Below are positions 50,012 to 60,524 of a stretch of DNA of 64,000 nt, one piece after another (positions within the stretch are counted from its first letter, which is position 1; each line of letters opens with the position of its first letter). The position numbers and the translations under genes were made by a program. Under the pieces are notes generated by a model. It saw only the letters and a program-made list of their open reading frames with translations, searched no databases and had not been told where the DNA came from. Origin of the DNA: Planctomycetota bacterium (GTDB lineage Bacteria; Planctomycetota; UBA11346); NCBI GenBank assembly GCA_038231435.1, contig JBBRLJ010000024.1:26546-90545 (forward strand), written 5' to 3'.

Positions 50012-51322
50012 GTGAGAGGTGTGGATCGCGCGACGGCATATGCACTGGCCTGCCGCATCATCCAGGGCGCATCCGGTCTCTTGTCGCTGGCGGTCGTCGC
50101 CTGGAAACTCGACCCGCAAGCGCAGGGGGCGTACTTCACCATCGGTGCCCTGTTGCAGATGCAGGCAGCCGCCGAGCTGGGGCTCTCGGTGGTCTTGATC
50201 CAGGTGGCGAGCCATGAATGCGCGGGCGCCGTCGATCCACACCTCGGCGAGGAACGCCTCGCCCGCCTAGGCTCACTGTTCAGGCAGGCGCTCTCATGGT
50301 TCGGAGCGGCGACGGCGTTGTTCTTCATCGTGCTCGCCCCGACCGGCCTATGGCTCTTCGGCTCCGATGCGGGTGGGGCCCAGGTCGGGCCCTGGCTGCT
50401 CGCCGTCACGTGCACCGCGGCGAACATGATGCCGATTCCCTTGCTCGCCGTGTCGGAGGGCAGTGGTCGGGTGACCGGGGCATGGAGGATCAGATTGATC
50501 CAACAGGCGTCGATGGCGACCGTGCTCATTGGATGCCTGATGGCGGGAGTGGGGACGTGGTCTCTCGGCGTGAGCTCACTGGCCGGACTGGTAGCGGTGC
50601 TGATGTCCCTAGCCGGCCAAGAAGCGGCGTTCGCCGCGCGATTGATGAGGGCCGGGCCGTCGGCGGAACCACTTCGCTGGATGACTTCGGTCTGGCCATT
50701 CCAATGGCGCATCACCCTCAGTTTTCTGAGTGGCATCTTCATCGTGCTGTTCGCGGTTCCATCGGTCTACCGCATCTGCGGCGCGGTCGAGGCGGGCAAG
50801 TTCGGACTGGCATTCTCGGCGTTACGCGGCATCTGCTCAGTCGCTCTGGCGAACATCGGCACGAAGGCGCAATTGCTCGGCTCGCTCGTGGCACAGGGTG
50901 AACGGGGCGAACTGGATCGGCAATTCAGCAGGGCATGCCGAGCCTCGATGGCATTGGCTGGAGCAGGCATGACCGCATTCCTGCTCGCGGCTTGGTCCTT
51001 GCATGCGCTGTCCCTGCCATGGGAATCGCGCCTACCATCGATGAGCGTGATCCTCATCCTCGCCGTGGCGCTCTGGCTCCAGCACCTCACCCAATGCCAA
51101 GCGATCTACCTGAGGGCCCATAGGCGCGAACCCTTCTTGGTGCCATCGCTTATCGGCGCCCTCCTGCTGGGGCTCGGATTCCCCTTATCAGCGGCCAGTG
51201 GGGGGGTCCTCGGGGTCAGTCTCTGCTTCCTCGCGGTGACTCTTCTCCTCGGCACCGTGGTCGGGACCTTGCTGTTCCGTAGCCACGGCGGGTCGGCCAA
51301 CAAGCCATCCGCCGTTGAATAG
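50012..51322 (+). CDS. Wzx-like polysaccharide flippase
   Basis: QGAYFT, ELGL, WPFQWRI, YLRAHRREP; multiple TM helices. Confidence 0.75.
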   Translation: MRGVDRATAYALACRIIQGASGLLSLAVVAWKLDPQAQGAYFTIGALLQMQAAAELGLSVVLIQVASHECAGAVDPHLGEERLARLGSLFRQALSWFGAATALFFIVLAPTGLWLFGSDAGGAQVGPWLLAVTCTAANMMPIPLLAVSEGSGRVTGAWRIRLIQQASMATVLIGCLMAGVGTWSLGVSSLAGLVAVLMSLAGQEAAFAARLMRAGPSAEPLRWMTSVWPFQWRITLSFLSGIFIVLFAVPSVYRICGAVEAGKFGLAFSALRGICSVALANIGTKAQLLGSLVAQGERGELDRQFSRACRASMALAGAGMTAFLLAAWSLHALSLPWESRLPSMSVILILAVALWLQHLTQCQAIYLRAHRREPFLVPSLIGALLLGLGFPLSAASGGVLGVSLCFLAVTLLLGTVVGTLLFRSHGGSANKPSAVE

Positions 51323-51420
51323 CAGGGCGGCATGGAATGGCGTCATGAAGCTGCGCAATGGTGGCTCAGCGGTGCCATGCATCGTTGATTCCTGCAGTTG
51401 GTCCCATAATCCCATCCTCC

Positions 51421-52434
51421 ATGCCCCACGAACCAACCTCTTCTGCAAGTGTCGCCGTGCCCCCCCTGGGCCGCGTCAATGGCATCGAGACCGATCCAGT
51501 AACCCGCAAGACAATCTCGATCGTGATTCCGGCCTACAACGAGGAGGGGTGCGTTCTGGAAATGGCCAAACGACTCCAATCGGTATTCGCCTCGCTGCCC
51601 ACTTATGATTTTGAGATCATCTACATCGAGAATGGTTCGATCGATCGTACCTTCGAGGAGTTGATGAAAGTGCGGGTTGCGGATTCGAGATTCAAGATCA
51701 TCAAGCTGGCGCGAAATTTCCGCATGGACGGAGGCATCACCGCGGGGTTGAAATTCGCCACGGGTCATGCGGCCATCATTATGGCTGCGGATCTTCAGGA
51801 TCCGCCGGAATTCATTCCCAAATTGATCGAGAAGTGGGAAGAAGGATACGAGAACATATATCAGATAGTTTCGAAGCGCCAGGGCACCGGATTGATCAGG
51901 CGCATGAACTCGCAGATCTTCTACTGGCTGGTCGGCAAGCTCACCGACAACATGATTCCCAGGAATGTCAGCGATTTCAGGTTGGTCGATCGCAAAGTCT
52001 ATGCGGTCATCAATTCGATGGAGGAGCGCAACCGTTTCGTACGTGGTCTATTCGCCTGGAGCGGATTCAAGGTAATCGGGATCCCGTGTGAGCGACAGGA
52101 ACGTTTTTCCGGGGTATCCAACGCCGATACCTTGAAGGTGATGAGCCTCGCCCTCAAGGGTATATTCGCGCACTCGTATGTGCCGTTGAAGTTCATCCTC
52201 CTGATGGGCATCTGCGTGTCGGCACTCGCCTTCAGCATGTTGCTGTTTTTTATCGTCCGTACCATCGGGTGGGGAGTTCCCTTTCCGGGCTTCGGGACGA
52301 TCGTCTGCGTGATGTTGCTGATGTTCGGATTCCTCTTCACGATGCTCGGAGTCATCGGCGAGTATATCGGACTCATATATGAGGAAGTGAAGCAACGGCC
52401 GAATTACATCGTCCAAGAGAAGATCGGGTTGTGA
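51421..52434 (+). CDS. GtrB/DPM1-like GT2 (polyprenyl-P-sugar synthase)
   Basis: IVIPAYNEE, ENGSID, RNF, AADLQDPP, DFRL, two C-terminal TMs, IGEYIG, KQRP. Confidence 0.9.
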   Translation: MPHEPTSSASVAVPPLGRVNGIETDPVTRKTISIVIPAYNEEGCVLEMAKRLQSVFASLPTYDFEIIYIENGSIDRTFEELMKVRVADSRFKIIKLARNFRMDGGITAGLKFATGHAAIIMAADLQDPPEFIPKLIEKWEEGYENIYQIVSKRQGTGLIRRMNSQIFYWLVGKLTDNMIPRNVSDFRLVDRKVYAVINSMEERNRFVRGLFAWSGFKVIGIPCERQERFSGVSNADTLKVMSLALKGIFAHSYVPLKFILLMGICVSALAFSMLLFFIVRTIGWGVPFPGFGTIVCVMLLMFGFLFTMLGVIGEYIGLIYEEVKQRPNYIVQEKIGL

Positions 52435-52871
52435 GCGAGCCGATCACCGCAAGCGACCGCATCCCAGGCGATGCGGCAGGAGCGCCAGCCCGCGGAATCC
52501 GTGCCCAGGCGCTCGCGTACGCGGTCGTAGGGGCCATGAATGCCGTGCTCGGATACACATGCTTTTGCCTTCTTTTCTATCTATTCCGTGACCGATTCCA
52601 CTACCTCATCATCCTTACGGTTTCCAACGTCATCTACATGGTGGTTGCTTTCTTCACCAACCGGCGACTCGTGTTCCGATCCGCGGGGCCGGTACTTGGC
52701 CAATCAATGCGCTTCTATCTCGTATACGCCGTCTGCGTCGCCGCAAACTACGCGGTCATGATCGCATTGGTTGATGGATATGCGATCAGTCCCATGATCG
52801 CCCAGGTTCCGGCGACAGTCGTTTCGGTCGCGCTTGGATTCACCGGCAACAGGCTCTTCACATTCAGATGA
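52431..52871 (+). CDS. GtrA-family flippase
   Basis: YAVVGAMNAVLGY, NRRLVF, NRLFTF; 4 TMs. Confidence 0.85.
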   Translation: MSEPITASDRIPGDAAGAPARGIRAQALAYAVVGAMNAVLGYTCFCLLFYLFRDRFHYLIILTVSNVIYMVVAFFTNRRLVFRSAGPVLGQSMRFYLVYAVCVAANYAVMIALVDGYAISPMIAQVPATVVSVALGFTGNRLFTFR

Positions 52872-53812
52872 ATCCCTCAAGCGATGAAACATACACGACG
52901 GCCAGGTCATGCCCTTCCTGCGGAGCGGATCCAATTGCCTCGACTCGAATAGCCGCCACACCTGCCGAACAATTGGGCATCGAAGACTTGCGCAGATGCT
53001 GGAGCGGGTTCTTCAAGGGGAGCGTGTTCTTCAGCTACTCGAGATGCCCGAGCTGCGGATTGCTCTATGCCCCAATGTATTTCAACGGAAGCACGCTCGC
53101 ATCCATGTACGGCAGCATGTCCGACAATACCAACGGCCAGCCCCTGGGGCTGATGAAGGCGACCCAGGAAGGGTATTTTTCGGCGTGGAAGCCGTTCGGT
53201 CCGATGGCGGGCAACTACGCCGAGATCGGTCCGGATATAGGGTTGTTCGCAGAACTCTGCGCACAGAGATGCGGATTCTCCGAATACCATTTCTGGGAGC
53301 CCAACCGTACAGTCCATGGACGCCTCGCTGCCTCGGTTCCGGGAAAGCGGCATGTCATCCATGATGACATGTTCTCCCTCGAGGGGGTGCCTGATGGCCA
53401 TCTCGACGTCATGGTCATGATACATGTCCTGGATCACCTGATCGAACCATCCCGGTTCCTCGCAGATGTGCGTCGCAAGATGAAGAAGACGGGGCGGTTG
53501 CTGATCGTAACACATAATGAAGGATCGCTGATGGCCAGGGTGTTGGGCAGAAAATGGCCAGCGTTCTGCCTGCAACACCCGCAGCTCTTCAATCCGACTT
53601 CCATGCGCGATGGGCTCAGGCGCCAGGGGTTCAGGGTAGATACGATCACGCGCACGACCAACCATTTCCCAATGACCTATCTGCTACGGCATGCACTGTA
53701 TGCGGCGGGGATCCGGATCCCGATTCCGCAATGGCGTTTCCCGTCAATGCCATTGAAGCTGGGGAATATCGCCACCGTCGCCAGCATGGCTTCTGATGGA
53801 GAGACTTCGTGA
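52868..53812 (+). CDS. Class I SAM methyltransferase with N-terminal CxxC pair
   Basis: CPSC..CPSC, EIGPDIG, HVLDHL. Confidence 0.75.
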   Translation: MNPSSDETYTTARSCPSCGADPIASTRIAATPAEQLGIEDLRRCWSGFFKGSVFFSYSRCPSCGLLYAPMYFNGSTLASMYGSMSDNTNGQPLGLMKATQEGYFSAWKPFGPMAGNYAEIGPDIGLFAELCAQRCGFSEYHFWEPNRTVHGRLAASVPGKRHVIHDDMFSLEGVPDGHLDVMVMIHVLDHLIEPSRFLADVRRKMKKTGRLLIVTHNEGSLMARVLGRKWPAFCLQHPQLFNPTSMRDGLRRQGFRVDTITRTTNHFPMTYLLRHALYAAGIRIPIPQWRFPSMPLKLGNIATVASMASDGETS

Positions 53813-54726
53813 TTCGCGGGAGCGGCGCCATCATGAAGGAGCTGGAGCGGGAGGGGCTCTCATTCTCGACGTTCGCCTTCGTTCATGAAGGCGATTACCA
53901 TGTGGATGATGCCGACTGGAATTACAAGGATGTGCCACACCTGCACCACATCCATATGCTCGTCGAGGCGGTTCCGGCGGTGGTCCGGGACGACATCATC
54001 ACCACCATCAATATGCAGAAGATTCTCGGCATCACGGTTCCCGTCGCCTTGGTGAATTACGAGATATCAAAGGGGCGTCAGCTCTACTTCACGGCCCTGG
54101 GCCCGTTCGTCCTGGTGATCGAAACCTCGTGGGAGGAGATCGGAGAGATCCGCACCAGAGTGACCACGACCTACAACATCGGCTGCCGATGGTGGCTCAA
54201 GATATGCATTCCTGTCATCAAGTGGATCCTCAGAAGGAATTACGCCAATCTCATGAGCGGAGACATCCCCATGCGTGAACGGCGTGGGCAACTCAGGCGT
54301 TGGGGATATTCGTTTTCGAAGCCGGGAGAACGATATGCATTCGATGCGACGATGAATACTTCTGGGGAAAATGTCATCCATCCGAGTGATGTTCCGTTTC
54401 CATTTCCGGTTGAAATAAAAGTTTCGGATACGTTCCCCCGCGACGGAAGTGATTATTTCTTCGGAAGGCCGGATCATCTGGGACTGCGATTGCATCGAAC
54501 TGATGGTCGCATCCTGGTGTTCCCCAGACTGTGTCCTCATGAGGGGGCCGATCTTGACGGATCTTCGTGCAGCTCGAAGACGTTGCGATGCCCTTGGCAT
54601 GGCAGGGCTTTCAAGCCAATGGCAATTTTGAATGTGGGAACGTCCGAGTTCGCCACGACACCCAACCACGAATTGGCCATGAGGGGCGATATGCTTCACG
54701 TGGCCTTGAGGAATTCTAGAGCGTGA
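53809..54726 (+). CDS. Rieske non-heme-iron oxygenase-like protein with reversed domain order
   Basis: N-terminal NYKDVPHLHHIH and GDIPMRE; C-terminal CPH-x16-CPWH. Confidence 0.7.
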   Translation: MIRGSGAIMKELEREGLSFSTFAFVHEGDYHVDDADWNYKDVPHLHHIHMLVEAVPAVVRDDIITTINMQKILGITVPVALVNYEISKGRQLYFTALGPFVLVIETSWEEIGEIRTRVTTTYNIGCRWWLKICIPVIKWILRRNYANLMSGDIPMRERRGQLRRWGYSFSKPGERYAFDATMNTSGENVIHPSDVPFPFPVEIKVSDTFPRDGSDYFFGRPDHLGLRLHRTDGRILVFPRLCPHEGADLDGSSCSSKTLRCPWHGRAFKPMAILNVGTSEFATTPNHELAMRGDMLHVALRNSRA

Positions 54727-57242
54727 ACAAAAAAGTCCTGATTCAGGTCTATGCGGCGATCTGCGTTTTGGGGTTCCTGCCCGCGATCTATCCACTGGCG
54801 ACCATCGCAACGAGTGTGGTTTTTGGGTCGTTTCCAGTCCAGGTGTTTCCCCATGTCCAGCCATTCATGTATGAAGAGAAGCGCATCGAGATTGTGGCAT
54901 ATCTCATCGCTATCCCCGCCATTGCGGTCTACGCGTATCTGATCTATCTACTCTCAAAAAGACAATCCAGGGATACGGTCTATTCCAAAGCGATATCGTC
55001 CGCGCTTCTCGCCGTCGCCTTGGTGGCGGATGCTTTGGCATGGAAATACTCGCAAAGAAGCCTAAGTGCCATTTGGGCGATTGCGGCGGCTCTTCCGTTT
55101 TTAGATTTGGCTTGGGATCACGCCCTTGAAGCCTATGGGCGCAAAAGCTGGTCCGTCGGCTTGGTGATCGCATCTGTGGCGGTTCTGGTCGCGATGATGG
55201 CTCCTTTTCTTTTCCTCAAGCCACACATCGCCTGTGAATATTTGGACATTCCCACGGTGACCATTCTCTCCACGACCAAGGAGGTGGATACTGGCGCATT
55301 CTTGGCAGAGAATCGCCAGATCGGCTTCATGAAAGCCGACCCAAGCACTGGAGAGTTCGTTGGAGCCGAGCGATTTCCCTCGGTTCACATCGAGGCAAAT
55401 CCATTGCTGCAGTCTCTGCTAGCCGATAGGAGCAATCTGCTGCTCGGTGCGGTGATAGAGAAGGTAAAGATAGGCACCGACAGCGTAATCAACAGGGATG
55501 ATGATGGCGTCACCTCTTACAACATCGAGTCGGTAGTTTACGACAATTCAACGCGCTCGTTGGTGGCTATCGGTAAGATCAGCGACGAGTACAGGTGGCG
55601 ACTCCTCGAATGCGTCAAGCCTTCCGAGGAGGTCCTGATCAATGAGCTTTGCGCCAGGAGTTCGCATATCGCTGCGACGTTCACTTCGCAGCAGTATACT
55701 GCCGAACAGGCCAAGTTCATACTGCAGAACAAGAATGAATTCGAAACAGGGTTTCTCGCGCGACGGATCATCCATCACCATAATTTTTTGCTCGGTTCGA
55801 TTCAGGAGTTTTCAAGAGGACGACCAGTCTCTGAGATAAATCTCCAGTATGGGTATTTGTTCGTTTGGGGAATGAGTTGGGTCCTGGATAAGGTCGGGGG
55901 CGTGTCGTATCAGGCCTACGTGCCGCTCTTATACTCCTTCTATGTCCTGTATTATCTGCTCGCCGTCTGGATCGTTTATCGGATCACGGGAAGCAGGATC
56001 TTGGCAGCCATATTCCTCTGTCTGAGCGTCTCAGTTCAAGGGCTCGTCGGATACGAAGCGATGGCAATCGCGCCCGGCATGAATCCCGTGAGGCATATCT
56101 TTGACTTCATCATGTTCCTGCTACTCTTCATGCATTTTAAGCGTGGCGGACTCATGCCGGTCATTGGAATTTACGCATTGTGCGTGTTGTCCATCCTGAA
56201 TAACCGCCAGACGGGACTTTTTCTTTCCCTGGCAGCTTGTTCCGGAATCGCGCTGAATTCATTGTCAATGAAGCGAATCGGATACGTATCGCTGATCATG
56301 TCCGGGGCGTTTGGGGCGCTCGCGCTGCTCTTTTCGTTCAAGCTGTCTCCCGGCAAGGATGAACTGAGCGCTTATTACGTGGCCGGACTGTGTGGATTTC
56401 CAACGCATCGCATTCTCATGATCTCGGTGTTGGGCCTCTGCGCTGCAGGGGCCTGGCTGTTAATGGCCAAATGGGAGGAATTGCAGCGCGCCTCAAAAAT
56501 GCTCCTCGTAGTCACCATGGCGTACACCCTGATGATGTTCCTGTACTACGTCTGGGGGGGTAGCAAATACCATTTTTATAATTACGCCCCTATCTACCTT
56601 TTTACCGGTTTGGTGCTTATTGATTGCTGGATAAACTCGGAAAAGAGTCTGGAAACGGATGCTTATCACGTCAGGCGATCGCTGGGCCTTCTCGGCATCG
56701 CATCATCGATCATCTTGCTCTTCAGCTTCGCTCATTACGAATGGCTGTATTCCCGATATGCATCGGTCTTCAAATCCCATACATCTTACGAATGGGATCT
56801 GCCGAAGGCCAATATCGTGTCGACGATGTCACCTGAGCTTTTTAAGCAGTCGGTTCATTTGATCCAGCGGTACTCTCCAGAGCCGGGAATTTTCATTGTT
56901 TCGGAATACGATAATTTCCTGCCTTTTCTTGCGGACAAATACAGCGCAATGCCTTTCCCGGACTTGCAGTGGTTCGTGAATTCAGAGACGGAGAAGAAGG
57001 CCTGCATCGACTCTATTAAATCTACGCGTCCCAAGTATTTGTTTACTGACGCCGCGATCGGTCGGCAATTCATGTACGAAGTGGTGGACACGCATGTCCC
57101 TTTGATTGGGGGAATGCAATCCGAAGCAATTTTACGGGCACATCGCCTTCGCGTGATCCAGGATATATTCAACGCAGTCAAAGACGATTATACCTTCAGG
57201 GAGAAGTCGGGCCTGTTAGCAGTCTGGGAGCGCAATCAGTAA
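54723..57242 (+). CDS. Large polytopic membrane protein, GT-C-like
   Basis: Many TM helices, large loop, HHHNF...LQYG; follows the GT2/GtrA pair. Confidence 0.55.
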   Translation: MNKKVLIQVYAAICVLGFLPAIYPLATIATSVVFGSFPVQVFPHVQPFMYEEKRIEIVAYLIAIPAIAVYAYLIYLLSKRQSRDTVYSKAISSALLAVALVADALAWKYSQRSLSAIWAIAAALPFLDLAWDHALEAYGRKSWSVGLVIASVAVLVAMMAPFLFLKPHIACEYLDIPTVTILSTTKEVDTGAFLAENRQIGFMKADPSTGEFVGAERFPSVHIEANPLLQSLLADRSNLLLGAVIEKVKIGTDSVINRDDDGVTSYNIESVVYDNSTRSLVAIGKISDEYRWRLLECVKPSEEVLINELCARSSHIAATFTSQQYTAEQAKFILQNKNEFETGFLARRIIHHHNFLLGSIQEFSRGRPVSEINLQYGYLFVWGMSWVLDKVGGVSYQAYVPLLYSFYVLYYLLAVWIVYRITGSRILAAIFLCLSVSVQGLVGYEAMAIAPGMNPVRHIFDFIMFLLLFMHFKRGGLMPVIGIYALCVLSILNNRQTGLFLSLAACSGIALNSLSMKRIGYVSLIMSGAFGALALLFSFKLSPGKDELSAYYVAGLCGFPTHRILMISVLGLCAAGAWLLMAKWEELQRASKMLLVVTMAYTLMMFLYYVWGGSKYHFYNYAPIYLFTGLVLIDCWINSEKSLETDAYHVRRSLGLLGIASSIILLFSFAHYEWLYSRYASVFKSHTSYEWDLPKANIVSTMSPELFKQSVHLIQRYSPEPGIFIVSEYDNFLPFLADKYSAMPFPDLQWFVNSETEKKACIDSIKSTRPKYLFTDAAIGRQFMYEVVDTHVPLIGGMQSEAILRAHRLRVIQDIFNAVKDDYTFREKSGLLAVWERNQ

Positions 57243-57303
57243 AAGGACGTATTTACGCCCGCTCGGCCGTAATTCGCAATTAAGCACCAATAGCAGAGGG
57301 TAT

Positions 57304-58026
57304 GTGGATAGATCACTGAATTACGGACGGGAAATAATTGCCAGATATCTCGGTCGGTGCGCTCCTCTCGGAAAAGTTTTGGATCTTGGCGCTGGGCAAG
57401 GCGATGACCTACTCGCCGCGCGTAGTGTCGATCCACGGGCCGAGCTTTTCGCAATCGAAGCTTTCGCCCCGAGCGTGGAAATCCTCCAGCAACATAGAAT
57501 TGCCGTAAGTAACCTCAACATCGAGAATCAACATTTGCCATTCGATGATGAATCCATCGATATTGTTATGTCCAATCAGGTGCTTGAGCACGTGAAAGAA
57601 ATATTCTGGATTCTCCACGAAGCTTCGAGAGTGCTGAAAACGGGTGGTCACATGATCATAGGCGTCCCAAACTTGGCCTCATTGCACAATCGTCTCCTGC
57701 TTATGCTTGGCATCCAACCTTCTCCCATCAAGAATTGGTCTGCTCACGTGAGGGGATATACGAAGGGGGATCTGCTCGATACCTTTTCTCGCTGCTTTCC
57801 GGACGGATACCGATTGGTCGATTTCAAGGGTGGTAATTTCTATCCATTTCCTCGGTTCATCGCCATGCCATTGTCAAAATTGTTTCCGTCGTTTTCGTGG
57901 GGAATATTTCTGCTTTTACGGAAGCAGGCCGGCTACTCGCGGCAATTCCTCGATTTCCCGCAGCGTATGAAGTTGGAGACTAATTTCTTTCTTGGTGGTA
58001 CGCAATCCATTGAGCAGAGCGGATAG
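57304..58026 (+). CDS. Class I SAM methyltransferase
   Basis: VLDLGAGQG, LPFDDESID, VLEH, RVLKTGG. Confidence 0.88.
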   Translation: MDRSLNYGREIIARYLGRCAPLGKVLDLGAGQGDDLLAARSVDPRAELFAIEAFAPSVEILQQHRIAVSNLNIENQHLPFDDESIDIVMSNQVLEHVKEIFWILHEASRVLKTGGHMIIGVPNLASLHNRLLLMLGIQPSPIKNWSAHVRGYTKGDLLDTFSRCFPDGYRLVDFKGGNFYPFPRFIAMPLSKLFPSFSWGIFLLLRKQAGYSRQFLDFPQRMKLETNFFLGGTQSIEQSG

Positions 58027-58207
58027 AGACCCATTGACCTGTGCCCCTCATTTAGTCCGCCGATAGCTGGAGTGGGCAAGTTGTGGTTGTGATGGTTTCG
58101 GTGCGAGGTTCAAGGGTGTGGCAGCTTTCGACGGCGCCATTCCCAGCTGATCTTGTAAGTCCTATGGCTCGCATGGACGCGAAGAGGTGCGCATTCGTTC
58201 CGGTAGG

Positions 58208-58603
58208 TCAGCCAATGGTCTTGTGCGTGAAGACGAATGCCCTCATTAGGAAGAATGTGCAGGCGACCACTGGGGGTACGCTCATGGCTTGGGCGAAAAT
58301 CGGCCGGATGATCAACGATATGGATTCCAGCAGCGACAAATTAATTAGATATGAAATCATATAGACAAGGACGAACCTGAGAAAAAGGCGGTTGTCCTTG
58401 TTTTGAAACACGACGGATCTAATGGTCGAGAAATTGAAAATAACACCGATGACCGTGGCAAGCAGCAATGCTACGGACTTCGGCAACCCCACGAAGAAGA
58501 ATCCGACAAAGAGCGAGTAGCCAAAAGCGGTGTTGAGAACGCCGACAACGAGAAAGCGAATGAACGGGCGGGTCCACTGTCGCTTCGCAAGCTCTAGAAT
58601 CAC
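58208..58603 (-). CDS. GtrA-family flippase, copy 2
   Basis: RFLVVGVLNTAFGY, 4 TMs; GTGA-coupled to the upstream gene. Confidence 0.85.
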   Translation of the reverse strand: MILELAKRQWTRPFIRFLVVGVLNTAFGYSLFVGFFFVGLPKSVALLLATVIGVIFNFSTIRSVVFQNKDNRLFLRFVLVYMISYLINLSLLESISLIIRPIFAQAMSVPPVVACTFFLMRAFVFTHKTIG

Positions 58604-60315
58604 GTCGATTCCATGCCGATAGGCTTGGAATCGGGTTCCATCTCCGTGATCGGCTTTCCGAAAGCCATCTTCGGATAAGCGTTCAGGTGGGATTCGATGT
58701 GCACATGGAGGAGGAGTGGTTCTTGCGGATTATGCCATAACCAGGACATAGCCCCAGTGACTTCGCCTGGTGCGCTGATCTTTTTCGATGCGATGCCGTA
58801 GGCGCGAGCCACCTCGGCGAAGTTCGGGGCGCTATAACCCTGAAGCGTCGAGCGATACCTCTTGTCGAAATAAGTCTCTTGGAACTGCCGGACCATGCCG
58901 TGGCAACCATTATCTATTACGACCATTTTCAATGGGAGCTTATTCCTGACCACTGTCTGGAGTTCATGGATGTTACATTGAAATCCACCATCTCCCGCAA
59001 TCACGACGATGGGATGCGGCGCTGACGCGAACGCCGCTCCGATCGCGGCAGGCAGCGCGAACCCCATCGATCCCATCCCTCCCGAAGTCAAAAAGCGCTG
59101 CTCGGCATGCAGGCGGAGAGACTGCGCGGCCCACATTTGGTGCTGTCCGACATCGGCGACGAAAGCGGAGGCATTTACCGACGATTCGGAGATCGCGTGC
59201 ATCAGGCAATTCGGATTGATGCCGCTGCAGTTCCTGATTTCAGAGGAATCTGGTGACGCATTCTTGAGTTCCTTGATCTTCTCGATCCATTCGCTTGGCG
59301 CATCGAAGCCATCCTGAACTTCGGGCAAGGACGCATCCAGGAAGGCCTTGGCGTCAGAACAGATCGCGATGCATCCGCGAATGCGATTATTCACCTCCCC
59401 CTGCTCGCAATCAACGTGGATGATCTGGCGGCCGTTGGAGAATGATGAGACGTCGGCTCCGGTCTGGCGAATATCCAAGCGACTGCCGATGACGATGAGT
59501 ACATCGGATGTCCCGAGTGTTTGATTGGCGTAGCGGTTTCCGTAATTGCCGATCATTCCAACCCGCAGCGGATGCTCATGATCGAGCAGGTCGACCCCCA
59601 TCAAGGAGTGGACCACGGGAATGCGGGCGTGCTGAAGCAGTAAGCGCAGGCTCTGGGTTGCGTGCGCACTCCGTATCCCACCACCTAGCAGCATGAGCGG
59701 CCTATGCGCTGACCTGATGAGTTCCCAGGCAGACCTCACCTCGGCGGAATTCGGAATCAACGCATCGTCCTTGGTGTTTCGTGCCGATCGAGGTTCCAGT
59801 TCCACTCGTTGCACGTCCATGGGGATATCTATCAGGACAGGTCCTGGGCGCCCTGATCTGGCGATATGGAAGGCTTCGTCGAGGGAACCCTGGAGCTTGG
59901 ATGGATCTTGGACGGTCCAAGCTGCCTTGGTCACTGCACGAGCCATGGACACGATGTCGGTTTCCTGGAATCCGAGTTGCCGGATCCCGCGATCCCCCTT
60001 CATTTCATGCCTGTTGACTTGGCCGGTGATGAAGACCGAGGGGGTCGAATCGAAATAGCAGCTACCGATGCCCGTTAGAAGATTTGTGGCTCCCGGTCCG
60101 CTAGTGGCCATCGCGACGGCGGGGATGCCGGACATGCGCGCATGGCCGTCCACGGCGAATGCCGCCGCCTGTTCGTGATGCACGCTGATTATGTGGGTGA
60201 CGCCCCTACGATCGATGGAATCGAGTAGGTGGGTGATCATGCCGCCGACCATCTCGTACACATGGGTCACGCCATGCGCGATGAGGGCTTCGGCTATGAG
60301 ATCCGACGCTTTCAA
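58600..60315 (-). CDS. ThDP-dependent enzyme (IlvB/YerE-like), copy 2
   Basis: HHEQAA, TSGPGATN, DVGQHQMW, GSMGF, GDGG...DN; TTG start. Confidence 0.88.
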   Translation of the reverse strand: MKASDLIAEALIAHGVTHVYEMVGGMITHLLDSIDRRGVTHIISVHHEQAAAFAVDGHARMSGIPAVAMATSGPGATNLLTGIGSCYFDSTPSVFITGQVNRHEMKGDRGIRQLGFQETDIVSMARAVTKAAWTVQDPSKLQGSLDEAFHIARSGRPGPVLIDIPMDVQRVELEPRSARNTKDDALIPNSAEVRSAWELIRSAHRPLMLLGGGIRSAHATQSLRLLLQHARIPVVHSLMGVDLLDHEHPLRVGMIGNYGNRYANQTLGTSDVLIVIGSRLDIRQTGADVSSFSNGRQIIHVDCEQGEVNNRIRGCIAICSDAKAFLDASLPEVQDGFDAPSEWIEKIKELKNASPDSSEIRNCSGINPNCLMHAISESSVNASAFVADVGQHQMWAAQSLRLHAEQRFLTSGGMGSMGFALPAAIGAAFASAPHPIVVIAGDGGFQCNIHELQTVVRNKLPLKMVVIDNGCHGMVRQFQETYFDKRYRSTLQGYSAPNFAEVARAYGIASKKISAPGEVTGAMSWLWHNPQEPLLLHVHIESHLNAYPKMAFGKPITEMEPDSKPIGMEST

Positions 60316-60524
60316 CGTATGGCTTTCTGTACGAGCGTTGGCAGGAGTTTGATGCAGCGAGCCAGGACGTGAATGGCGACGGTAGGATAGGTCTGATAGA
60401 TTATTCTGAGGGGGTTAGAATGCATGTAGCTGACTCTCATGATGTTTTGATGCTGTAATCTAGAGTTTCACATGGACGCTGGATTTACAAGTGGCGACAG
60501 TCATTGAGGGGGCGCTCAGCGGCC

